Shown here piece by piece: positions 41,697-53,910 of a DNA stretch of 64,000 nucleotides. Location: positions 697,616 to 761,615 of the forward strand of contig OZ199839.1 in assembly GCA_964304625.1 (NCBI GenBank), read 5' to 3'. Position numbers and translations under genes: made by a program. The notes under the pieces were generated by a model that was not told the origin of the DNA, ran no database searches, and saw nothing but the letters and a program-made list of their open reading frames with translations. This DNA is from Kudoa neothunni (taxonomy: Eukaryota > Animalia > Cnidaria). Numbering within the stretch: the first letter of the stretch is position 1; each line of letters starts with the position of its first letter.

Positions 41697-42285
41697 ATGG
41701 TGGTAATTGTATGTAAAGTTATCAGTTTGGAGTTATTTTTAATTCCACTAGAATAAACCATTGATTCAATTTGCTCTTGTCTTTGGTAGAATAATTGTAA
41801 GAGCATTGTTGAAAGCAACACGAGATCAAATTGGAAGTAGGCGGTTAAAATAAAAATAACTGAATTAAAGTTAATTTTAGGAGTGCAACAAAATGCCCGC
41901 TATTATGAACAAGCTAGAAGCCACACCTCTCATTCCACAGACAACTCCCCGTACAATATATTTTCCAATTCGATGTCACTTGAGGTAGTGCACGAGTCGT
42001 GCTTGTTCGATCGACTGTATTCTTCCTTTAGGAAGCCAAACGAATTTTAGATATTGAAAAGCTCGACAAGGAAATTCTAGATAAAGTATAGTTCTCTAAA
42101 TTCGGCCTACATCTTGAGATCTTTTCTAATAGAAATATTCCTTTTTAATGGAAGCCAACTCTGTTGAGAAGGGCGGTTCTGAATATATTCGGTCTAAGGT
42201 TGATTTGATGCGTTTTTCAAGTATTGTGTTTATTGAAATTTAGATTGAAACGGCAAAGAAAGTCATTTCTAATAACACCAACTAG
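41697..42285 (+). CDS. PAM16: Mitochondrial import motor subunit Pam16/Tim16 (Magmas), multi-exon
   Basis: MV|NKPLIQFALVFGRIIVRALLKATRDQI...SMSLE|EAKRILDIEKLDKEILDK|KYSFLMEANSVEKGGSEYIRSK|IETAKKVI matches Pam16 MSL.EA..IL...Y..L...N....GGS.Y..SKV..AK. Not in the ORF track. Confidence 0.88.
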
Positions 42286-43190
42286 CTAGCTAATGTTAAA
42301 TATTTATTTTTAGAACCTTATTTCTCTTTTTACTCGTATAAATGGTTCATTTGCGCCATAATTAATTAGGAGTATTTTTAATTGGTTTTTATATGAAACA
42401 AGTAATTTTCGTTAAGCCAATGAATCCTCAAAGGACTTTACTCGGGAAAATTCCTTAGAGGATGGTAATAGGTCAATTTTGGTCTCAGTAATAATGACTT
42501 ATTCTTGCAATATACGAAAATAAACTTAAATTTATGATAAATAATATTTATTGTACTATTATACAAGTTTTAAATTGAGAAAACTTACTGAAATTCTAAA
42601 AGCAGTAATATGTTTCTAGTCCTTGAATTACATGCCATTATTAATAATGCGTGCGTTTGGTTTCTCTTTTTAAGGTTTTCACTCATTAAATAGAACATTT
42701 AGGAGGTTTTCATTTGAAAAATTTATTATTTTTTGAAATTTTATTTTCTGAATGTTTAGTTGCATTTTTATTCATTTTAGAGTTAATTCTTTATTTTTCA
42801 AAAAAATCGATTAAAACTGATTTCACTTTAATTATATTATCCTTTTCTTCGTAATATAACTTTGATATATTAAAATAAAACGCTAGGTAAAAAATAATAA
42901 GAAATTGACATTATTAAGAAAGCCGTTAAGTTAAATATTTAGTGGATATTTCATTCTGGTTCAAATATCCAGGGTTGGATTAGCTTAATTTATTGTGATA
43001 AGCGTAAAACATGTTACATTTAAAAAACATCTTCCGCGCAGTTTTATATTTTCTTTTTAGACAATTGTGTTATTAATGAATAAAGAATGTTATAAGACGT
43101 GAATTCAATATCACGAGATAAATTCTAAATTTTGGTCAAATCCTATTTCGATAAAAATCAGAACTACGTGAACTCTTGCTATATCTTAAT

Positions 43191-44400
43191 CAGGATTGCC
43201 AGACGATTTTTGTAAATTGCACCAAAAAATTTTACATCCCATTAAAATTATTAAAAAGGTATCATTTTAAAAATAACACAAAAAATAAAGTTTTGGCAAC
43301 ATAATACTAATCGAAACAGAAAATATTATTGATAGGATCTATTTATATATTAAAATGTTAATTCATTATCATCGTCCAACTCACATAGATTTACATTTTC
43401 CATGATCTTAGTTAATTGGTCAAATGGATTCCATCTCAAGCAACTGGCATCTCTCAATAAACGTCCAGAATATAGGAGAGCATTTATTGTTTCATCTTCC
43501 AATAAAGATCTGTTTTAAACTTAGATGTTATTCATTAATAAAGATAATCTGTCTGAAGATCCGGATGAATGAGGCAAAGCCATTAATAACAACATTAATT
43601 TTGACAGTAAGGGATACATAAATACTTCTCCACTTTTTTCATTCGGAACTATATACCAGAATTTCTCTGAGTGTTTTTCAACTTATTGGACATTATTCTC
43701 CAGGCTATGTTCTATTTATTCAATATCCAAATTTAAATGCTCATCTTCAGCAACAATATTTAGAAATCTCTTCGGAGGGGTACAATGGAATGTGGTTTTC
43801 CCTCATTAACATTTGCATGATACAATGCTTCAAATAATTGTAAATTCATTAACTTTGCAATGGTCGACAACTTTTGAAGTGTTTGTTTCGAAAGTATTAA
43901 ATTGGAATGCTGAGTTTTGGTAAGAAAGGGAGCAAGTTCTTGCGTACTTATTTCAGTCGCATTTTCATTCTAAACAGATTCTAATTTCGGTTCATAATAA
44001 AATTTAATCAAAGGAGTATTATTTTATGGGTATTTAAAATTTATGCTCCAGAAGGTGTTATTTTTTGACCAGACCTCTCAAAAAGAAATAAGCTTTACTT
44101 TAATAATATTTTCAAAATAATTCTTCAACTTATGAGCTCTAAACTCTCACCTTGTAATTCAACACTGAGTTCATTGACTATGGATAAGATAAAAGTTAAA
44201 AAACGCATATTACATTTTATTTACGATTTAAAAAAAGAGGTGAAAATATTCTTGGTGTGGGTTCGGTACTGTTTTCTGATGTTCCTATCTAGAGAAACTC
44301 AAGAACCGTCTATTCTTCCAATATTTTCTTAAAAACATGCTCGAGAGTCTACCATCTTTTGCAGCAGAGATACAATATCTTCTGATTTTCAACGCTAAAA
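43191..44400 (-). mobile_element. Degenerate hAT transposon (non-Buster lineage), 3' part
   Basis: TIR-like CAGGATTGCCAG at 43191. Minus-strand KILYLCCKRW, FLTFILSIVNELSVELQGE and EKFWYIV...YPLLSKLMLLLMALPHSS..DR...NRSLLEDETINALL (hAT dimerisation domain), with stops. Confidence 0.75.
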
Positions 44401-44483
44401 AAATTTGTTATTCGTTATAATCATTTAGACATTTGGAGCTATTTGAGAGACATTAGTTCATTACGTGTTATGCACTTATGATA

Positions 44484-44966
44484 CAGTAAGGCCTCGATAT
44501 GGCGTAATTAAAGATTTTTCGTTGTTTTCTAACTTGAAAAGTTTCAAAAAAGTATTACAATCAAATTCAAATAATTAAATATTATAACTCGATTAAAACA
44601 ATATTTGGGGAAAATACACTCAGATTGAAAGTGAGTTGTATAATTGGATAGTTAGCACGCGAGAAAAAAAGAAAAACAACTCAAAATTTATAATTAAAGA
44701 AAAAGCGATGCTTATAGAAAATGATCTTCAAGTCAAAGATTTTCATTCCAGTAATGGGTGGGTTTGTAATTTCAAAAAATGGTTCAGTTTGAAAAACCTT
44801 CAGCTCTGCCCTCTCTACATTCTGTCATGGATCGTTCATACGAGATATTTAAAAAGCGAGAGAAACAAACTAAAATAGATAGCTATTTCATCAAAAAATA
44901 AAAATATTGTTTGTATTTGCGCGGTAAATTGCATCCCCCAAAAAACCTCCCTATATCGAGGCCTTA

Positions 44967-44969
<3 letters not shown>
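44484..44969 (+). mobile_element. pogo/Tigger deletion derivative
   Basis: Perfect 17-bp TIR CAGTAAGGCCTCGATAT with TA on both sides. Interior has a CENP-B-type HTH fragment (YNWI..IIKEKA..FHSSNGWVCNFKK) and C-terminal KQTKIDSYF. Confidence 0.9.
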
Positions 44970-45001
<32 letters not shown>

Positions 45002-45129
45002 AATTCCCATGTATGCTTTTATTTCCACTAATGTTAATTCATTCAATTTATTTCTGTAATGAAAAGAGCTAACTTTATTTGTTTTAATAATAATGATTGT
45101 ATAATATTCGTCATAAAAAACACTAAAAA

Positions 45130-45657
45130 CAATTTATAAAACAACAGATTCTTGACGATGCGAATGCAATTATTCCTGGTGCTTCGTTTAAAATATTCCC
45201 CTTCGTTGTTTTGATATTTGGGGGAATATCAGGGGACCATACAACCTCGTTTTTATCTTTGTACATATTAATTGACTCAAACTAATCGACGCTATTACAG
45301 CTACTAGAAGAAAAATTATCTACCACATTATTGTCAATTTCACTGCAATTTGATTCATCACTTGATGGAAAATCAATAAACAAGTTCTCAGTTTGGCATA
45401 TCAGAGATGATTGATTGCCATAAAATCATGTTTCACTCAATATCTATACTACCAAATTGTCTAATAATGCACAATTTAATTTTATGCGATTTTATACACG
45501 TTTTAAATTAATGTTTGAAAACATTTTTTTGTATTCTTCGTAATTTATCTGAAGAATAACGCCAGATTTCGATAAATAGAACTTTTTCAACAAGCAATAA
45601 ATAAATTGCCCCAGAATCTGGCTTAGGGTCCATTGGACCCAAAACATGCCCCGAGGA
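45130..45657 (-). mobile_element. piggyBac 5' remnant
   Basis: TTAA at 45658-45661 next to a TIR-like end and the palindrome GGGTCCATTGGACCC. Minus strand has an acidic N-terminus then YKDKNEVVWS..PP..NIL..PG, typical of PGBD N-termini. Confidence 0.6.
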
Positions 45658-45976
45658 TTAAGTAGATTAGATTATTGGAATTTAAGAAAGAAGAAATTCA
45701 ATAACAGAAATACAGCAAAATGCGCCCAATTAATCATAATTAAATTCGAAAAATCACACATGCCTCAGCGTAGAGAACAATCCCTTTATTAAAAAAAATT
45801 CGTGCTTAAAAATAAAATCCCTACACATAACTTTAACTTATAACTTTAATCCAAACGGAACTTTGCGCAGGTACATAAAAACAATAGCAGGCATTCAAAA
45901 TATCATATTTTACAATGACAACCGAACATCAAAAGTATTAATTTAATCCCCTTATCAAAAAAATAGACCGAAGAGT

Positions 45977-48900
45977 CTATTCTACAGCATCGTCGTAATT
46001 TTTGAATAGATTGATCATATCTTGCTCGGCGGGTGCGCTATCATCAACAGCATTATCGTTATTATGAGAACTGTTGAGTTGAGAATTATCCAAGCTGTCG
46101 GATTCGTTCGTTCGGTTAAGAGAAGCCTGTTTGTCGTTGGCATTTTCAGCCGGGCGCATTTCGTTGTTGACAAAAGAATATTCTGACGGCGAGATTTGAG
46201 TGTTTTCATTTAAATCGATTTCCTCGTGATTAGGTGGTGGATCAACTCCGATTGGGTTGGATGAAGTTTGGGGGGTTTCGTTAAATTTGGAGGTGGGTAG
46301 TGATTCGTATAATTTTACCTCTTGAATATACTCTGGCATGAAAATACCATACGATGTGGACTAATCGATAAATGCTTACCAACCTGCACAATTTACCGAT
46401 GAAAAGATTACATTGATAACACTTTTGTGGTTATTGTAAGTGAGGATAATGTGTTTTCCTTCGAAAATTGTCGAGGAAATGATTTTTCCGAATTTCTGTC
46501 AATTTTACATCAAAAAATTCCCAGTCATGCGCTGACACATTGGCAACAAAAATACTTTGTAGGCTTCAATAATTTGATTAGGGTCGATGGGGTTCGGCTT
46601 AAGGTAGATGATTATTTGTGTGGTTCGTCGATCAATTTTTCGTCGAACCGGCTGAAACTTACGATTTTTGGTGGTTAGGTTAGACGACAATGAGGGTGAA
46701 TTTTTAATCTATCAATATAAATTAATAAATTAATTGTTATTAAAACAATGGCAATGTAAATTATATTCAATTAACAGAAAAAAAACATTGCCCTAATTTA
46801 ACGCACAATAAACTAACTAATAAACCTAATTAACTTATCAATTAAGAGATTACATTTTTCGAAGGTTCAATTTTTTGGCATTTGGCTCTAAATACAATGG
46901 AGTCTTTTTTTTCAACAACCATTTTGAGCATCTAAAGCAACTGTAATTTAAATGAAATGTATACATACAAATACCTTGGTAAGATTTTCTTTCTGTTCGG
47001 CTGTAATATCGGGACTTTTCAGTCGTAGCAGTATTTTCTGCGCAACTAATATTACAACAATTCTATAAAAAGCTAATTACTCTTTGTTCTTCTTCACACA
47101 TGGTAATAATTTTGTTTTCTATTTCCTTGACTTTATCATTTCTTTCTTTGTTTTCCTAAACGGGCGCCAAAAGTTTGAAAATCCGAATATGTGTAAGCAT
47201 GCCTAATTACTTTCACTTGTTTCTCTTTAGCTTCAATGTATTCCTGTGACACAAAAACCGCCTCTCCTTTTTTTAATACGGTTGGTTTTTTCTGAATAAA
47301 TGATAAATGTTTACAACTAGACCGAATAAAATGAGCTGAGTATTTACCACGGGAGTATCCGTTTTGGTAGAAGTAGTTGTATCACCAACATTATTGGTAG
47401 ACCCAGAATTATTGGATGTGTGTTGTGACTCATCTATGATTAGTGCATGTGACATTGGAAAAGATTAAAAATAAATACCTACGACCTGAGTCGACATTTC
47501 TCCGCCTCCGGGATTAGCATTAATTTTAGGGGGTTTCACCCAGAACAACTTTACAAATCGATTACCAAACACGGGATCTGGCGATGAATAAGCGGCCTTC
47601 GCGCCCGCATGCTCTTGAAATTCAATCAGACAACTGTTTGGTTCATTATTGTAATTCATCTAAAACGACGGTGTGAAAAATTCTAAGAGTGTCAACAAAA
47701 ATTGTACCGATATATAATCGATAGGACCGAATTTAGAAAAAAAATCCACAATATCCTTTTCGCTAAAGTGATCCTGAGGGATCTTTGATAAGCACATAGT
47801 TTTCATAGTGGAATCATATTTGGTGGTTTTGTCGCTATAACGCCTGTTACGTTGATTTCTTCGATTATCTAACGAATTAAAATAATAATAAATGGCGCAT
47901 GACATTTTTAGTGGAAAGAAGAATTGCAGTCAATGCTCAAGTCGAAAATAATCAAATTATATTTACCACACGCTAACCAATTTGGCAACGCATAATGACA
48001 TTTCGTAACTGCAAATGTGCTTTAAAAACTAATATCTTATGCGCATATTTATTATCACTTTTTAGATTTAATTAGTTATTCTTAATTAATTCTAATTATT
48101 ATTAAAACAACTCTGCGCGTCAAACGTACACATTAACAAATTACTTGCACACTACAACTACTTGAAACAATCATTCAATAGAAAAAGGCCTTAATTAAAG
48201 TATTGTAATATCCTTCAATTTAAAAACTACGCTACTATTAAGACTACAACTTATCGAATAAAAGTTGTTTAAAGAAAAGAGATAATGAAATATTAAATTG
48301 CTTAATGCGGGAATTTTGGTTACTCATGCGCATTAAACTTCGCTTTAACAAAATTTGACTTAGAGGAAAATCTACTTTGGTTGGCCGAGGAATAATTCGA
48401 CGAAAAGTTTTGATTGTTAGTAGCTGCCGCCAAAGTCGTTATTATATTAGTGAGGAGATTAACGTTATTAGCCTCATCGGCCAATGTATTATTCGGCCCA
48501 TTTTCGGTTTTTGTTGACAATGATTGAAGCGTGCTAATAAAATTCTCAACTAAGTGTGGTTGTTGATTTTGTTGTTTGTTGTCATGAGGAAATCTTTCCG
48601 GTCTGCGATTACGCCTGAAGTTATTGTTATCTAAACAATAGTCTAATTGGACCACAAAACGAGCGCCAGGTATTAACTGTTGTTGTTATAATCCCTTGGA
48701 TATTTGTCAGGTCGATTTCCTCTTCCAGGTGCACTAAAAAAAAGAATTAGATTAGCACATCCATCAAGTGTTTATTTAAAAGAAAGAAATCTATTTATAG
48801 AAGCTACATTCGAGAATCAAATTACTCATATGAAATTTAAAACAATAAATAAGCACGTACATGCCGCTATTTTTAGTTGCTAAAATTCAAAACTCAGACA

Positions 48901-49915
48901 AACATTGATATTTAAAACTCAAACGCATGTGAATATTTACTTTCATTACTTGTGGAGTATTATAGTATTGGATTAATCGGATTTGAAAAATATTTATGAC
49001 CGTCAAATTAGCCATGTCCAATTATGATTGTTACAATACACCGTTACTAATTGACACAAGCGTGTAGAAAAACTTGTCTATTTTAAGCGCATTCATTCTA
49101 AATCGTACCCAATAATAAGATATTAATATGATAATCCCTCTTATTGTTTTGAACAATTCAAAAATAATTTAAATCATTGTTTAAAGAATTATATTCGTTA
49201 ACAACTTAAGAATATATCACATTCATAATTATCTGCAGATTTGTGTTCAGAACACAGAAAGGTATTAACCAATGTCAACATAAACTTACTGATTCCTGTT
49301 CTGCCGGGAGGGAGACACAGAAGCTCTTCGATGATCCCATGATCGATTATCATTATCATCCGAAGAATGTCTGCGGCGTTTTCTCGAGTTATTTCTCGCA
49401 GGAGATCCTTCATTCTGACCGTCCGCTTGTTCGAGCCCGTCGTTCTGTCTAACGTCCCCATCACTGTTCGGAGTTGGTTCGGCTTCGTTCTCACTACCGC
49501 CGCAACCAGCAACAACACTTTTCTGTGATATACATATTACTAGAGTGAATACAAAAAAATTAACACAAATACGCTGACTTCCATATCTTTTTCCATATAG
49601 CTTTGGGATTCGAGAGACACAAGTAGCTCGTCAACAAAATTAGAAGTCTCTATTTGTTCAAATCACTTCACATCCAACCCCAAATTCAATCACTATCAGA
49701 TAGGAACAAGCTCAACTTATCCAAAAGCTCCGTTTTCAAATCTCCACTATTTATATCCTTTTTTATCAACGCCAAAGTGTATTTGGCTAACGCTTTAGGT
49801 TCGGCATTCGATCTAATTGATTATCATTAGATGCAAAAATTTTATTCAATCTTTACAATTTTAAAAATTTTTTCGATAGCCATTCCGTCAGTTTCTCGTA
49901 AGACGTTATCATCAT
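45977..49915 (-). CDS. RBM26: RBM26/RBM27 family RNA-binding protein (PWI + RRM), multi-exon
   Basis: PWI: MITSYEKLTEWLSK..AEPKALAKYTLALIKKD..LFL..TSNFVDEL..SY. RRM: LSKIP..FSKFGPI..LIEF..AKAAYSSPDPVFGNRFVKLFW. Coiled-coil, then KIDRR before a second degenerate RRM, and an acidic tail. Confidence 0.9.
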
Positions 49916-51106
49916 GACAATCAGGTAGGACGTAATAAGCAAACTTGCGCAAACGCACCAGTTGCGCATGCGTGATTAATGTTGTTTTGTACACAATTTC
50001 GCCCTTTTATTGATCCTAGATTTCACTTTCGCGTGAAAAATTTCATATTATAACTGCCAATTGATTCACATTAAGTAAATAATGTATTTTTTTCAAATAT
50101 CTCGTAGACAATAAAAATGCTTGTTTAATGCCTTATTTCATAGATAATCAAACAACTTTCATATTAATGATAATAACGGAAACCGAGCGTGTTTTTATTG
50201 TAAACCATTAATATTTGAAAGAGATCATAATTTTTTACTACACAAAAAATAGTTTATTGGATTAAATAATAATAAATTTAAAAAATTTGCATCAATATTT
50301 TAGACTAGAAAATTATTTATTCTATTCATTTAATTGGAAAGTACATGTTTAATGTTTAATGCATCTGTATTTAAAAATTTCTATAAATATAGCAAGAGGC
50401 TCCGTTTTGCTCAGGATACGTTGGATATCTCGAAATATTAATCTAAAGAATGTAATTAAGACAGAAAATGATTATATGTAAGTATGTTTTCTTCCTCTAA
50501 TATTATTTATAAACATTACTACTCTCGAAAATTTGACAGATTAATTTTAAATGCGAACCACTGTTATTTAACACATTCGGATTTTGCGAGTTATTAACGG
50601 CGATAAACGTAGAATAAATTTAAAATAAAATTGGAAAATTAAGTCTATAATTATAAGATTTATTTCTAATATATAAAATATTTGTCATGCAACTGCTTTT
50701 CATCTATATATCATAATTTATACACTCGGAGTCTTCGGAGTTCAATAGCGCGGAATTTTATGCGATATTTAATCATTTTTAAAGAGTCGACTGTCTTTTT
50801 CAGAAAGTTGTCGTTTATGTAAATGTTGTGTTTTGCGCAAGAAAGGAGACCAGTAATAAGTAATATCGAAATAGATAGTTGGATAGGTAGTTAATATTGG
50901 TAGTAGTGATCGTAATGTGTTGTCACCAGCGTGGTCCCCCGCCTACCGACGATTTTCCCTTCTATTACTAGGAGGAACCAATTCCGGATTATGACAGTAA
51001 ATAATTGGAAATTGAAATTTAAAGATTTTTTGATACTTCAATCTCACGTTTGTTACAACGTCACTTGGGCGATAAAAGCTTATGCAAGGAGGTTCTAATC
51101 CGTTAA

Positions 51107-52604
51107 ACCTCTAATGCAGGGGTTCTCAACCGGGAGTAAATTTTAAATGACTAGGGGTAAATAAATTGGCATCAAAATTGAATAAGGACAATTTTTTTAT
51201 AATGGGTTTGGTGACATACTTAAGGATTTCTAAAGAATTATATTATTCATGGCTATTAAACTCAATAAAATGTTGGCAGAAATGCTTAAAATGTCTTTTG
51301 AAATAAGTATTTACCAATTATTGATAAAACTATCAGTCTCTTTCTTTTATGTATCGTTTACCTTTGGTGATGTAGCTAAATAATAATACCTTAAGTAGTT
51401 TTCTCATGGTAAATAACATTAAGGAGTTATTAGTTTTGAATATTTTTAATTATTTCTAGAGTTACGCGCTAAAAACTTTACTCGAACGCACACATGCACA
51501 CATGGGGTCCAATGGACCCCAGGCGGCAAAATTGGTTTATTTTGTAACATACTATTATAAATAATTAATTTTTTAAAACATTTATTACATATAATGTTGG
51601 AACGTTATTCTAAAATAGAATTTAACCAGTTAAACAACGTAGTTATCGATTATCTATCATTTTGACAAACACAGAGATAACACCGTTTTTTTGGAATAAA
51701 GTTAGATTATTGCATTTAATTTATATTTATCGATTTTATAAGATATTTAAATAAATATAAAATTATTTATTACCTTTTTTATTAAATTACTCTTATTTAA
51801 GTTACATAACGTTTGAAATTTTAAAAGTTAAAGTTATTCGGGGAAAATTATTTGTAGAGTTAACTATACTGCTCAATATTTTATCCATGAAAAATTAACT
51901 TAAAGTGCCATTTTCTGTAATAACACGATCAGTAATATCGGCTTTTTGTTTATGTGTAAGAATATTGTGTTTCCTCTTTTTAGAAAGTGATTTTGTAGGG
52001 TGTAAACAGACAATTCGGAATTTTTACCATAGCGTCCCATCGTAGGACTTAAAAATATCTCATATTGAGCTATTCGTAATTAACTCATCTTAATTTTTAG
52101 TTTCACAATGTTCAGAACTGGATTCCTCGCTTCTTCCCAACTATAAATTATCATAACAAAAGTAGTTGCTACAAGATTCCATGTCTAACACATTTGAACT
52201 GCCATTTTCACGGCTAAATTTTTTCTAAAATTCATCTATCACTTCAAAACAGTTGAATAAACAAAAATATGCGAATGAAAATTTTCATAAAACAAAAGAC
52301 GATTCCAGTTAACAGTTTAGGCAATATTAAATCCATGTGGGGTTTATTGGACCCCATACGTGCTCCGAAGGGTTAACTTAGAAAAGTCAAAAAAATTAAA
52401 TCGTTAGACAGCTTGTGAGTAAGAGTTTCTGGGATTAAAAATTGTCATAAAACAGGCCTACATACCTTTTATTTGTTGAATTTACTGTACAAATAGCCTC
52501 TGCCTTGTCTTATTCAATATAAAACCTTAAAGTCAATATGAATTTGACTTCCAAGTTAAGGGGGTAAATTTGAAAAAATGGTTGAGAACCCCTGCGTTAG
52601 AGGG
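51107..52604. mobile_element. TTAA-flanked non-autonomous element with chimeric piggyBac-cap/hAT TIR
   Basis: TTAA|ACCTCTAATGCAGGGGTTCTCAACC ... GGTTGAGAACCCCTGCGTTAGAGGG|TTAA, 23/25 inverted match. The inner 15 bp is a perfect hAT-type TIR. Confidence 0.85.
51481..52372 (-). mobile_element. piggyBac deletion derivative nested in the chimeric element
   Basis: Right end GTGCTCCGAAGGG|TTAA. Subterminal palindromes GGGGTCCAATGGACCCC (51504-51520) and 52339-52355. Minus-strand stub FKSYDGTLW..HNIL. Left TIR decayed. Confidence 0.7.
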
Positions 52605-52708
52605 TTAAACTAGTTCATACATGTTGGACTGGATTTTCTTCTTATAAAAACTACATGTGCCCTTCAACTTATGAATCTTGGTGCTATCCACAATTTCCTT
52701 ACCATATA

Positions 52709-53910
52709 CAGTAAGACCTCGATATTGCGCACTAAATCGGGATCTGAGCTTTTATTACCCAATATCGAGGGCTTGCGCTTGCGTCAACAGAATAAATATT
52801 TTATTTTTAACGAAAAAAACGATCCATCTTGTTTTCATTATTAAATTAAAGATGTGAAAAGCATCGATCTAATAATATACGAACTTTTCTTCATCTTTCG
52901 CCAACTTTAGATCAAGAGTTTTCTAAATATCTAGAAGATAGTTAAAGACATTTAACCATTTTTTGATCGTTAATATTTAACAGGAAATTCATAAATTCCT
53001 TTAAAACAAGAGGTCTCTTTAATTTACCAATGACATTATGTGGAAATTTTATCTCTATAAATTGAGCACTCTATAATTCTATTACAGGTTTTTTGATTGT
53101 TTCATCTCATTTTAATTCAACTCCTTCATTATATAATAAGTTCGTTGAGTGAATTGATCTTAGAGAAGAGCGGTCTCACCGAGATTTAATATGTTTTCTT
53201 TTTCACATCTACATACCTACGTTTTACCCAATAAAATTTGATTATCTAATTATTAACAATATTATCATCAATTTTCCTCCTTTCTCCACGAAGAGTGAAT
53301 TTTTAAGGAAATCTTTTGTTCCACTTAAACCAGTGATTTAAGATCATTACCAAAATGTATTGCTTTCTCAGTGATAAAAACTAGAAGATTTGTCTTTTTT
53401 GGTGTTCTGATACAATCCGGCCATATAACGCAATTTGCAGTTGGATGTATCTTTTATTTGTAATTCCTTTACTGAGAGAACAACATTGGAGTTCATTATA
53501 TCAGATATATTAGATAAAATTCTATTCAGAGAAGGGTAACTAATTTTAACTTGAATAAAACTCACAACAACAGAATTCATGATATTCTCGGGTGCAATAG
53601 AATAATTTGTTGGCATTTAAAATTGAGGTAATTGAATCATAATATTGAATAGTTCCAATTTTTTACCAAAATTTCTTTCGTGTTTCATAATACCAAAAGT
53701 TCGAATGTGTAATTTAGTGGATTAATCGGATTAAAATTGGAAGACCCTGAATTAAAAAAAAATGAGTTTATTAAATGTTATTTCGTATTGTTTGGTATAA
53801 CGCTAGAGTAGAAGACTATATACATCGAAAAAATTACAATATTAGTTACAGAAATTTGAAAAAAATGTCGGCTACCCTATATTGAACCTCGCAATATTGA
53901 GTCCTTACTA
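52709..53910 (-). mobile_element. pogo/Tigger deletion derivative, same TIR family as 44484-44969
   Basis: TA|CAGTAAGACCTCGATATTGCG ... CGCAATATTGAGTCCTTACTA|TA. Decayed transposase traces on the minus strand. Confidence 0.8.

Noticed and set aside
44970-44999. (TA)n tract and similar microsatellites (27497, 32854, 55954)
   Set aside because: Ordinary simple repeats, not CRISPR or satellite arrays.
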